Shown here piece after piece: positions 1 to 8,899 of a stretch of DNA of 64,000 nucleotides (its first letter is position 1; each line of letters begins with the position of its first letter). The stretch is from Clostridia bacterium. Lineage in GTDB: Bacteria > Bacillota > Clostridia > Christensenellales > CAG-138. The stretch spans positions 34,530-98,529 of the forward strand of contig JAFYOP010000006.1 of the NCBI GenBank assembly GCA_017547885.1, given 5' to 3'. The position numbers and the translations under genes were made by a program. The notes below the pieces were generated by a model. That model worked only from the letters and a program-made list of their open reading frames with translations. It did no database searches and had not been told where the DNA came from.

Positions 1-1
1 G

Positions 2-526
2 CAGGGTGACATGGATAAGGGCGATGTAATATATCGCGTAAAGTGCGACGGCGGAGTGCGCAAGTCCTTTACCGAGGGCAGTACCTTTGAGCTTTCCCCG
101 GATAATAAATACATGGCGATAAACGCTGAGAGCGGAATATCCGCGGCCAGCACCGCATCTGCCAAGTTCCGCCTGTACGATATGCAGACCGGGGAAAACA
201 TTACCGTAACGAATGAATTTGGCCCCCAGTCCTTTATATGGTCCAAGGATGGCACAAAGCTTTATTATTTTGAAAATCGTCTCTCCGGCGAGGGTGGAGA
301 AAGTTCCCAAGGAGACACGCAGACTCAACAGGACAGTTATCCTTATACCCTGTGGATGTATGACGTTGCCACGGGAAAAAACAGCATGATAGGCGATTTT
401 CCCACCACGTCCATTTACCCTGGGGAAACCGCAGGCAGCATATATATGACGTACAGCGACTCCGACACCATGGGTGAAAGGGTAAAGGCCACGTACCAAA
501 TAGATATCGACGTTACGGGTAGGTAA
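2..526 (+). CDS. Partial (5'-truncated) TolB-like beta-propeller protein
   Basis: Frame is open from the window edge; LSPDNKYMA and WSKDGTKLYY resemble PD40/TolB repeat motifs. Confidence 0.55.
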   Translation, partial: QGDMDKGDVIYRVKCDGGVRKSFTEGSTFELSPDNKYMAINAESGISAASTASAKFRLYDMQTGENITVTNEFGPQSFIWSKDGTKLYYFENRLSGEGGESSQGDTQTQQDSYPYTLWMYDVATGKNSMIGDFPTTSIYPGETAGSIYMTYSDSDTMGERVKATYQIDIDVTGR

Positions 527-583
527 GGCAAAATAGTGGACATAATACAGCACTATGGTGTAAAATGACAAAAAATATTAAAC

Positions 584-704
584 GCAGAGTAGGATGCCGT
601 GCGCGGCGGGGCTTTGCCCCCACAGTGCTGACCGGACGGGGAGTTGCCGGCCAGACGAATAGCGTAAAAAAAGCGCTTGCGGTACGGCTTCCGCATCCCG
701 CTGC
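584..704 (+). promoter_or_regulatory. THF (tetrahydrofolate) riboswitch, variant with inserted hairpin
   Basis: GCAGAGTAG...AGTG...GGACGGGGAGTTG...ACGAA...TTGCGGTAC...GCATCCCGCTGC matches the THF consensus; lies directly upstream of a folate ECF S component; hairpin AAGAGG-N6-CCTCTT at 714-731 could be the expression platform. Confidence 0.9.
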
Positions 705-776
705 TGCATAACCAAGAGGACGCCGCCTCTTCTTATGTGGTATTATGGGACGCTGTGTAAAGAAAGGTGGATTTTC

Positions 777-1313
777 ATGGAAAACAACAACCGTCTTAAC
801 ATCAGCGCCGGTACCAGAAAACTTGTGTACTGCGCATTGCTCACCGCCCTTGGCGTGGTTCTGGGAGGTATGCTGAGCATACCCGCCATGCCGCTGGGCT
901 CCTATACGCTGAAAATAGGCTTTGGCGTGCTGCCGGTAATAATTGCGGCTGTGCTTTACGGCCCTGTGTACGGGGGCGTGGTGGGCGGCCTGACAGATCT
1001 TATTCAGGCGCTGATATTCCCCAAAGGGCCCTATATGCCTTGGTTTACCGTCATAGGTGCCCTGTTCGGCATCATTCCCGGGCTGTTTTTTAGGTCGGGG
1101 CAGCCTGTCACATGGAAGCGGCTGTTTGCCGCAATATTTACCGGACAGACGATATGCAGCGTTGTACTTAATACGCTGCTGCTTATGTGGCTGTACGGCT
1201 CACCGTATCATATCGTCTACGCAAGGATAATAAACCAGGCGGTAATGATCCCGCTGTATACCGTAATGGTTTACTGGCTGATAAAGGCCCTTAAGCGGGG
1301 CGGTGTAATATAA
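777..1313 (+). CDS. folT: Folate ECF transporter S component
   Basis: Hydrophobic protein with YGPVYGGVVGGLTDL and KGPYMPWFT motifs; THF riboswitch upstream; start placed after AAAGGTGG RBS. Confidence 0.85.
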   Translation: MENNNRLNISAGTRKLVYCALLTALGVVLGGMLSIPAMPLGSYTLKIGFGVLPVIIAAVLYGPVYGGVVGGLTDLIQALIFPKGPYMPWFTVIGALFGIIPGLFFRSGQPVTWKRLFAAIFTGQTICSVVLNTLLLMWLYGSPYHIVYARIINQAVMIPLYTVMVYWLIKALKRGGVI

Positions 1314-1369
1314 GTCATAAAAACTGTGCATACTTTTCCGTATATACCAAAATGCGGAGGAAGATGCAT

Positions 1370-1582
1370 ATGCTGTTTATGAGAAATAAAGAAAATCAAC
1401 AGGATCAAAGGGCCGAACAGGTGATCAAAGCCATGGAGCAATGGCAGGAGGCCAGACGGTACTTTGAAAGCGTAAGCGATACAGACCTTGTGGATTACGC
1501 CATATACGAGGCGGAGGCCGCACGGCGAAAATACATGCTGCTTTTAAAGCGATATGCTCAGGAGCGGCAGCAGACGGAGTAA
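1370..1582 (+). CDS. yaaL: YaaL / DUF2508 family protein
   Basis: WQEARRYFESVSDTDLVDYAIYEAEAARRKYMLLLK; adjacent to bofA as in Bacillus and Clostridia. Confidence 0.8.
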   Translation: MLFMRNKENQQDQRAEQVIKAMEQWQEARRYFESVSDTDLVDYAIYEAEAARRKYMLLLKRYAQERQQTE

Positions 1583-1591
1583 AAGAAAACC

Positions 1592-1846
1592 ATGACCATG
1601 CTTGTGATGTTCGGTATAGGACTGCTGATATTGTGGATACTGTTCAAGGTATTCCGCTGGCCTCTGAAGGTTTTGGGCAAGCTGATTCTCAATGCCGTAA
1701 TGGGGGCGATAACTCTTATCCTTATCAACATCGTAGGCGGGTTCTTTGGGTTTACTCTGCCTATAACCGCATTCACCTCACTGATAGTGGGGCTGTTGGG
1801 CGTACCCGGCGTAGCCATAATAGCCGCATGGGTATTTCTGCTGTAA
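1592..1846 (+). CDS. bofA: Pro-sigmaK processing inhibitor BofA
   Basis: Small hydrophobic protein with LPIT...IVGLLGVPG signature. Confidence 0.85.
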   Translation: MTMLVMFGIGLLILWILFKVFRWPLKVLGKLILNAVMGAITLILINIVGGFFGFTLPITAFTSLIVGLLGVPGVAIIAAWVFLL

Positions 1847-1858
1847 ACTAATACATTA

Positions 1859-1890
1859 AAGGCTCCCGAGTTTCATACGGGGGTCTTTTT
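1859..1890 (+). terminator. Rho-independent terminator
   Basis: GGCTCCCG-loop-CGGGGGTC followed by TTTTT. Confidence 0.55.
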
Positions 1891-1909
1891 GTGAAAGGAA
1901 GTGCAAAAT

Positions 1910-2635
1910 ATGTCGGATATTATAAGGCTTAAAGACATGATAGCATCCTCCGGCCGCATAGTTTTCTTTGGCGGGGCGGGGGTAAGCACAGAGTCCGGCA
2001 TACCGGATTTCCGAAGTGAAAACGGCATATATGATGCTATACGCCGCTTTGGCGAAAGGCCGGAGACCCTTCTGAGCCACAGCTTTTTTATGAATAACAC
2101 AAAGCGGTTTTACGAGTATTACAGGAGCGCGCTGCTGGTTACGGACGTGAGGCCGAATGCTGCCCACGAAGCCCTTGCGGCGCTGGAAAAACAGGGCAGG
2201 CTTACCGCTGTTGTTACGCAAAACATAGACGGACTCCATACCAAAGCAGGCAGCAAAAACGTATATGAGCTGCACGGCAGTATATACAGGAATTACTGCA
2301 TGGACTGCGGCAAAGCTTATTCCGCTGAGGAAATAATGGACATGGACACCGTGCCCCGCTGCAGCTGCGGAGGCATTATAAAGCCTGACGTGGTGCTGTA
2401 TGAGGAAGGGCTGGACAATGGTACCATACACGGAGCGGTGACCCACATAATGCGGGCGGATATGCTGATAATCGGTGGTACATCATTGGCCGTCTATCCT
2501 GCAGCAGGGCTCATAGACTATTACAGAGGAGATAAGCTGGTGCTTATCAACAAGAGCGAAACGCCCCGCGATTCTCTGGCAGATCTCGTGATACACGATG
2601 CCATAGGCAAGGTGCTGAAGGAAGCGGTATTATAA
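1910..2635 (+). CDS. cobB: NAD-dependent protein deacylase (sirtuin)
   Basis: GAGVSTESGIPDFRS, TQNIDGLH, HGS, CxxC..CxC, GTSLAVYPAA. Confidence 0.93.
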   Translation: MSDIIRLKDMIASSGRIVFFGGAGVSTESGIPDFRSENGIYDAIRRFGERPETLLSHSFFMNNTKRFYEYYRSALLVTDVRPNAAHEALAALEKQGRLTAVVTQNIDGLHTKAGSKNVYELHGSIYRNYCMDCGKAYSAEEIMDMDTVPRCSCGGIIKPDVVLYEEGLDNGTIHGAVTHIMRADMLIIGGTSLAVYPAAGLIDYYRGDKLVLINKSETPRDSLADLVIHDAIGKVLKEAVL

Positions 2636-2657
2636 TTTAGTTGGGGAGTAATATAAA

Positions 2658-3842
2658 ATGACAGGCTGGCTTATTCGCCGATTTGTAAAGGATAACGAAA
2701 ATACCCAAAACAGGGCAGTGCGAGAGGCATACGGCATACTTGCGGGAGTGGTGGGCATAGCGGCAAATATGCTGCTGTGCGCAGCTAAGTTTTTGATCGG
2801 CATGATAACCGGCAGTATAGCCGTACAGGCGGATGCGGTTAACAACCTTGCGGATATAGGCTCAAACCTTATGACACTGCTTAGCGCCCGCCTTGCGGGA
2901 AGGCCTGCAGATAAAGAACATCCCTACGGTCATGCCCGCATGGAGTACATTGCTGCGCTGATAATAGCCTTCCTTATACTTATGGTGGGCTTTGAGCTGG
3001 GCAAGGAATCATTTGCTAAGATAATTCATCCCCAAAAGGTTGAGTTCACCGTTGCAACTATGCTGGCCCTTGCTGCGTCCATACTGGTTAAGCTGTGGAT
3101 GGGCATGTTTACAGCCAACATCGGCAGGCGCATAGATTCCGCCACCATGAGCGCTGCCACCGCAGACAGCCTTATGGACTGCATAAGCACCGGTGCTATT
3201 CTTGTTTCCTCGATCCTTGCGTACTTCTTTGGAGTAAATCTGGACGGATACATTGGCCTTGCGGTTGCGGCGTTTGTATTGTATTCCGGTATTAAGCTGG
3301 TAAAGGAAACCATAAGCCCTCTTATGGGCGAGGCCCCTGCGCCGGAATTTGTAAAGGAGCTTGCAGACAGAATATCCGCATATGATGGGGTGATCGATAC
3401 CCATGATATACTCATCCACAGCTACGGCCCCGGAAATATAATAGCCACGGCCCACGCAGAGGTGGATGCCAAGGGGGATGTCCTTGAACTTCATGAGCTT
3501 ATAGATAGGATAGAGCTGGAGGTGGGCAGGGAGATGGGCATGCTGCTTACCATTCACATGGATCCTGTTGAGCTGGATAATCCCAATGTGCAGCGGGCAA
3601 AGGATATTATAAGCAATATTGTATCCCAGCTGCCTGTAAAGACGGTGTTCCATGATTTTCGCATGGTGCCGGGGGAAAAGCGCAATAATCTTATATTTGA
3701 CTTGGTGGTTCCGCTGGAAATCGGAGAAGCCAAGGAGCATGAAATTATGGATACCATATGCTCAAAAGCAAAAGAGGCTGACCCTACATACGCCTGTGTT
3801 ATCCAGATAGACCATGATTTCAGCGGCCTTATACAGCCGTAA
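2658..3842 (+). CDS. Cation diffusion facilitator family transporter
   Basis: ADAVNNLAD, PADKEHPYGHARMEY, ADSLMD, C-terminal dimerisation-type domains. Confidence 0.9.
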   Translation: MTGWLIRRFVKDNENTQNRAVREAYGILAGVVGIAANMLLCAAKFLIGMITGSIAVQADAVNNLADIGSNLMTLLSARLAGRPADKEHPYGHARMEYIAALIIAFLILMVGFELGKESFAKIIHPQKVEFTVATMLALAASILVKLWMGMFTANIGRRIDSATMSAATADSLMDCISTGAILVSSILAYFFGVNLDGYIGLAVAAFVLYSGIKLVKETISPLMGEAPAPEFVKELADRISAYDGVIDTHDILIHSYGPGNIIATAHAEVDAKGDVLELHELIDRIELEVGREMGMLLTIHMDPVELDNPNVQRAKDIISNIVSQLPVKTVFHDFRMVPGEKRNNLIFDLVVPLEIGEAKEHEIMDTICSKAKEADPTYACVIQIDHDFSGLIQP

Positions 3843-3878
3843 ATATAATCAAATTCATTTATAAAGGAAGCAGATAAC

Positions 3879-5135
3879 ATGAAAGCTGTAACCGCTATTT
3901 TGCTGGCTGCCGGAGACGGCAAGCGAATGGTATCCCGCAGGCAGAAAGTAATGCACAATTTGTGCGGCAGGCCTGTGATAGGCTGGGTCATGCGCAGCGT
4001 TCAGCGCAATATTGCAGAGCGTCCCATTACTGTACTGGGCTTTGACGGTGAATCCGTAAAGGAATACTTTGGCAAGGATTCCGGCTACGTTTATCAGAAT
4101 CCCGGAGATTCCACTGCAGAGGCTCTTAGGGCAGGTCTTTCCGCTGTGTCTGCGGAGGATGGCTATGTGCTGGTAATAGCGGGAAACCTTCCGCTGATAT
4201 CCGATGGTACGGTATCAGCGCTGGTATCCGCAGCCCGCAAGGGTTCTGCATCACGCCTGATATGTCTTTCCGAGGATGTTACCCTTATAGTTGCGGCGTA
4301 TTGCTTTGAGTTGAAGGCAATACGTGCCTGTCTTGAGGATAAGCTGGAAACCATAGAGCAGTGCGTGGGTAAGCTCCGTAAGGACGGACGCATGGTGGTG
4401 GACGTATACGCTCCCGAGATAGAGGGCATAGAGGTGGATACCCGTGAGGACCTTTGGTGCTGCTCCGAGATAATGCGCAGGGTAATAAACGCAGGCCATA
4501 TGAGCAGGGGGGTTACCTTTATAGATCCCAATACTGCTTATATTGATGCAGACGTAAAGATAGGCATGGACACTGTTATCCATCCCAACGTAGAGCTGCT
4601 GGGCAATACCGTAATAGGCGAGGATTGTACCATTTACAGCGGCTGCCGCATAGAAAACAGCAAGATAGGCAGCGGATGCATACTGGATGCGGTGGTGTCC
4701 ATAGACGCTCAGGTAGAGGATGGGGCAAAGGTAGGTCCCTTTGTGCGGCTCAGACCTGACAGCCACATCGGCGCAGGCTGCAAGATAGGTAACTTTGTAG
4801 AGGTTAAGAACTCTGCCATAGGAGAAAAAACCTCCATAGCTCACCTTACCTATGTGGGCGATGCGGATGTGGGCTCTAAGGTAAATATGGGCTGCGGCAC
4901 GGTATTTGTAAATTACGATGGCTTCAAGAAGCACCGTACCACCGTTGGCAATAACGTATTCCTGGGATGCCAGACCGCTCTTGTGGCTCCTGTGAAGGTA
5001 GGAGATGACGTATATACCGGCGCAGGTTCCGTAATAACCGAAGACATACCCGACGGCGCACTTGCCATGGCCCGCTGCCGCCAGCAGAACAAAGAGGGCT
5101 GGGTAGAGAAGTACAGGGAAAAGAAGCGCAGGTAG
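3879..5135 (+). CDS. glmU: GlmU-like protein: intact acetyltransferase, degenerate uridyltransferase domain
   Basis: LAAGDGKRM N-terminus, hexapeptide beta-helix with GPF, GNFVEVK, HLTY, NYDG; 418 aa, shorter than typical GlmU. Confidence 0.85.
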   Translation: MKAVTAILLAAGDGKRMVSRRQKVMHNLCGRPVIGWVMRSVQRNIAERPITVLGFDGESVKEYFGKDSGYVYQNPGDSTAEALRAGLSAVSAEDGYVLVIAGNLPLISDGTVSALVSAARKGSASRLICLSEDVTLIVAAYCFELKAIRACLEDKLETIEQCVGKLRKDGRMVVDVYAPEIEGIEVDTREDLWCCSEIMRRVINAGHMSRGVTFIDPNTAYIDADVKIGMDTVIHPNVELLGNTVIGEDCTIYSGCRIENSKIGSGCILDAVVSIDAQVEDGAKVGPFVRLRPDSHIGAGCKIGNFVEVKNSAIGEKTSIAHLTYVGDADVGSKVNMGCGTVFVNYDGFKKHRTTVGNNVFLGCQTALVAPVKVGDDVYTGAGSVITEDIPDGALAMARCRQQNKEGWVEKYREKKRR

Positions 5136-5257
5136 CGCATACTGCCAAAATGGCATAAAAAGCCGTAAAAACAAATATTCCCTTGACAGAATATCGGTTT
5201 TTATGATTTTATACTGGATGGAATAAAACAAAAATCACAAGATACAGGAGATTAAAC

Positions 5258-5761
<504 letters not shown>

Positions 5762-5771
5762 TTGCATATAT

Positions 5772-5801
5772 AAAATGGCGTTCCCTTCGGAGCGCCATTT
5801 T
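5772..5801 (+). terminator. Rho-independent terminator
   Basis: AAAATGGCGTTCC-loop-GGAGCGCCATTTT. Confidence 0.75.
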
Positions 5802-5921
5802 GAACTTTTGGAAACAACCTAAAGTTAATATATGAATTTAACATATGTGTGGTATAATATATAATGACGAGCCACAATATACATGTCTTTTCAATATTTT
5901 CTATACGGAGGCAGCAATATT

Positions 5922-7532
5922 ATGAAGCTTAGATTTTGCGGTGCGGCAAAGGCTGTAACCGGTTCCTGCCATATGATCACATTCGATGGCGGCAGCATAC
6001 TTGTGGACTGCGGCATGAGGCAGGGCGCAGATGCAAAGAGCGAATACGGCGAGGGTGATTTTCCCTTTGTGCCGGGTGATATAAAAGCTCTGCTGCTTAC
6101 CCATGCTCACATAGATCATACCGGTCTTGTACCTCTGCTGGTAAAGCGTGGATTTAAGGGCCCCATAGTATCTACAGAAGCAACATCAAAGCTCTGCGGC
6201 ATAATGCTGCCTGACAGCGCCCATATACAGGAGCAGGATGCCGAATATCAGAACCGCAAGAACGAGCGGGCGGGCAAGCCCCTTGTGGAGCCCTTGTATA
6301 CCTCACAGGATGTGGAAAATACCCTTAAGCAGTTTAAGCCTACAGTATATGGCAAGATAGTGGACATATGCCCGGGCGTAAAGGCCAGGTTCACCGATGT
6401 GGGCCACCTGCTTGGTTCCTCTGCCATAGAAATATGGGTGACTGAGGGCGGCAAAACCACCCGCTTTGTATTCTCCGGCGATATCGGCCGTGACGACAGG
6501 CCTATAATAAAGGATCCCGAAAGCCCTGAGGCCGCAGATTATCTCATCATGGAAAGCACCTATGGCGACAGGGTGCATGAGGTGTCCACGGATGAAGAAA
6601 AAGAAGCTGAGTTTGCCCGTGTGCTGAAAAACGGTATTGCCCGGGGCGGCAATATAGTTATCCCCGCCTTTGCGGTGGGCCGTACACAGGAGCTGCTGTA
6701 TTATATCAAGCGTATGCTTGTGAATAATACCGTCCCCGGCCTTGAAAAGGTTCCGGTATACATCGACAGTCCCCTTGGCATAAAGGCAACCCGTGTATAC
6801 GCTGCCTGCGGAGCAGAGTGCTATGACGATGAAACAAAAGCCCTTGCACGAAGCGGCGACCTTTTCGAGTTTGATACGCTCAAGGTGGCGGAAACTGCTG
6901 ACGAGAGCAAGCTCATCAACGATGCCAAGGGCTGCAATATCATAATCTCCGCATCCGGCATGTGCGATGCGGGCCGTATACGCCATCACCTGAAGAATAA
7001 CCTGTTCAAGGCCACCACTACGGTAATATTTGCGGGCTATCAGGCTGTGGGTACGATTGGCCGCATGCTGACAGACGGCGCCAAGAAGATAAAGATACTG
7101 GGCGTTCCCGTTATGGTAAACGCCGATATTCAGCGTATACAGGGCTTCTCAGGCCATGCCGACCAGAGGGAACTGCTCAATTGGGTAGAGGAAATAGACA
7201 AAAAGCCCGCCAAGGTATTCCTTGTCCACGGCGAAGAAAGCGCCATCTATGCCCTGCAGGATAAGCTTGAAGAGCGGGGCTACGATGTGACAGTTCCCAG
7301 CATGTTTGAGGAGTTTGATCTTGAGAGCGGCGAGGTATACGCAACCGAAACAAGGCTTGTAAAGTCTGCCGCAGGAAAGGCCGTAAAGCCTTCCAAGGCA
7401 TCCAACATAAAGGCGGAGCTGAAGCGGCTGATGGTCGCGCTGATAGATGCCGTATCCGACAGCGCAAAGGTCGCGGACCTTGCGGACAATGTGAGCGAGC
7501 TTGCGGATCAGCTGGAGCAGCGGCTTAAGTAA
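5922..7532 (+). CDS. MBL-fold beta-CASP metallo-hydrolase (putative RNase)
   Basis: THAHIDHTG, GHLLGS, SGD, ESTYG, FAVGRTQE, FSGHAD, VHGE; start after GGAGG. Confidence 0.9.
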   Translation: MKLRFCGAAKAVTGSCHMITFDGGSILVDCGMRQGADAKSEYGEGDFPFVPGDIKALLLTHAHIDHTGLVPLLVKRGFKGPIVSTEATSKLCGIMLPDSAHIQEQDAEYQNRKNERAGKPLVEPLYTSQDVENTLKQFKPTVYGKIVDICPGVKARFTDVGHLLGSSAIEIWVTEGGKTTRFVFSGDIGRDDRPIIKDPESPEAADYLIMESTYGDRVHEVSTDEEKEAEFARVLKNGIARGGNIVIPAFAVGRTQELLYYIKRMLVNNTVPGLEKVPVYIDSPLGIKATRVYAACGAECYDDETKALARSGDLFEFDTLKVAETADESKLINDAKGCNIIISASGMCDAGRIRHHLKNNLFKATTTVIFAGYQAVGTIGRMLTDGAKKIKILGVPVMVNADIQRIQGFSGHADQRELLNWVEEIDKKPAKVFLVHGEESAIYALQDKLEERGYDVTVPSMFEEFDLESGEVYATETRLVKSAAGKAVKPSKASNIKAELKRLMVALIDAVSDSAKVADLADNVSELADQLEQRLK

Positions 7533-7595
7533 TAATTATAAATTAGCCATTGAACAGTTTGGTTTAATGTGCTAAAATATATCGAAATTGAAATT

Positions 7596-7841
7596 ATGGC
7601 TATGATGGAGAAAAGTGGGCTGTATCCCATTGCAGAGAGAGCCGCACCTGCTGCAAGCGGCTTATGGGAAAATCCTGCACAAGTTCGCTCCTGAGCCGCC
7701 CCGGTGAAGCCCGTGATATTTGGGTGTGTAGTTGGGGCCGGGTAAGCCCGATACAGCGATAAAGGCCCTGTGATGGCAGGGTGAATTAGGGTGGTACCAC
7801 GAATGCGCCTTCGTCCCTTAGGACGAGGCGCAATTTTATTT
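7596..7841 (+). promoter_or_regulatory. T-box riboswitch (Phe)
   Basis: AGAGA and GCTG stem I motifs, TTC specifier at 7684-7686, T-box AATTAGGGTGGTACCACG at 7784-7801, terminator hairpin at about 7806-7831. Confidence 0.92.
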
Positions 7842-7858
7842 TGGAGGATTTTAAAACC

Positions 7859-8881
7859 ATGAAGGACACTCTGGAAAAAATCAGGCTGAATACCCTTGAA
7901 AGCCTGAAAAACGCAGAGGACGAGGCGGCAATAGATGCCATCAACCTCGCCGTATTCGGCAAGAACGGCTCTCTTACCGAGATACTCAAGGGCATGGGCA
8001 AGCTCAGCAAGGAAGAGCGTGCCGCCGTGGGACAGCTGGTAAACGGAGTAAAGAAAGAGCTGGAGAAAGAACTCAATGAGCGCAAGGCCGAGATAGCCGC
8101 AAAGATGCAGGAGCTGCGCTTTGCCAAGGAAGCTATCGACGTTACCGAGCCAGGCAAGATCTCCATGCCCGAAGGTCATCTGCATCCCATGACCCAGACC
8201 TATCGCGAGATCCGCGATGCGCTGGTTGGTATGGGCTTTACCACTTATGAAGGCCCCGAGGTGGAGTACGATGACTATAACTTCACCAAGCTCAACCTTC
8301 CCCTTGACCATCCTGCCCGCGATATGCAGGATACCTTCTATGTAAACGACAAGGTAGTACTGCGCACCCATACCTCTCCCCTTGAAGCACGCGCCCTGCT
8401 CAACCTTAAGCCTCCCTTCAGGCTTATCATGCCCGGCCGCGTTTTCCGTGTAGACGAGGTGGACGCAAGCCACAGCCCCGTATTCATGCAGATGGAAGGC
8501 TTTGTTGTGGATAAGGATCTTACTCTTGCAGACCTTAAGGGCACCCTGCTTACCTTTATCCACGCTGTATTCGGCGAGGATGTAAAGATGCGCTTCCGTC
8601 CCAGCTATTTCCCCTTCACGGAGCCCTCTGCTGAGGTCGACGTATCCTGCACCCTCTGCGGCGGCAAGGGCTGCCGTCTGTGCAAGGGCACCGGCTGGCT
8701 GGAGATTCTCGGCAGCGGCGTTACCAATCCCCACGAGCTGGAAAACTGCGGCCTTGATCCCAAGGAATGGAAAGCCTTTGCCTTTGGCCTTGGCGTAGAC
8801 CGTATCGCAAGCCTTAAGTACGGAATTACGGATATCCGTCTCGAGTACGAGAACGATGCCCGCTTCCTCAAGCAGTTCTAA
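7859..8881 (+). CDS. pheS: Phenylalanine--tRNA ligase alpha subunit
   Basis: HPARDMQDTFY, LRTHTSP, FRPSYFPFTEPSAE, AFGLGVDR. Confidence 0.97.
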   Translation: MKDTLEKIRLNTLESLKNAEDEAAIDAINLAVFGKNGSLTEILKGMGKLSKEERAAVGQLVNGVKKELEKELNERKAEIAAKMQELRFAKEAIDVTEPGKISMPEGHLHPMTQTYREIRDALVGMGFTTYEGPEVEYDDYNFTKLNLPLDHPARDMQDTFYVNDKVVLRTHTSPLEARALLNLKPPFRLIMPGRVFRVDEVDASHSPVFMQMEGFVVDKDLTLADLKGTLLTFIHAVFGEDVKMRFRPSYFPFTEPSAEVDVSCTLCGGKGCRLCKGTGWLEILGSGVTNPHELENCGLDPKEWKAFAFGLGVDRIASLKYGITDIRLEYENDARFLKQF

Positions 8882-8899
8882 CAGGGAGGTAAGATAGAT

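Noticed and set aside
735-776. Upstream extension of folT as a possible leader peptide
   Set aside because: Lies in the riboswitch expression region; the better RBS precedes ATG 777
5836-5863. ATTTAACATA resembling the XerD arm of a dif site
   Set aside because: No matching XerC arm; it overlaps a TGTGG-TATAAT extended -10 promoter and is far from the orientation switch
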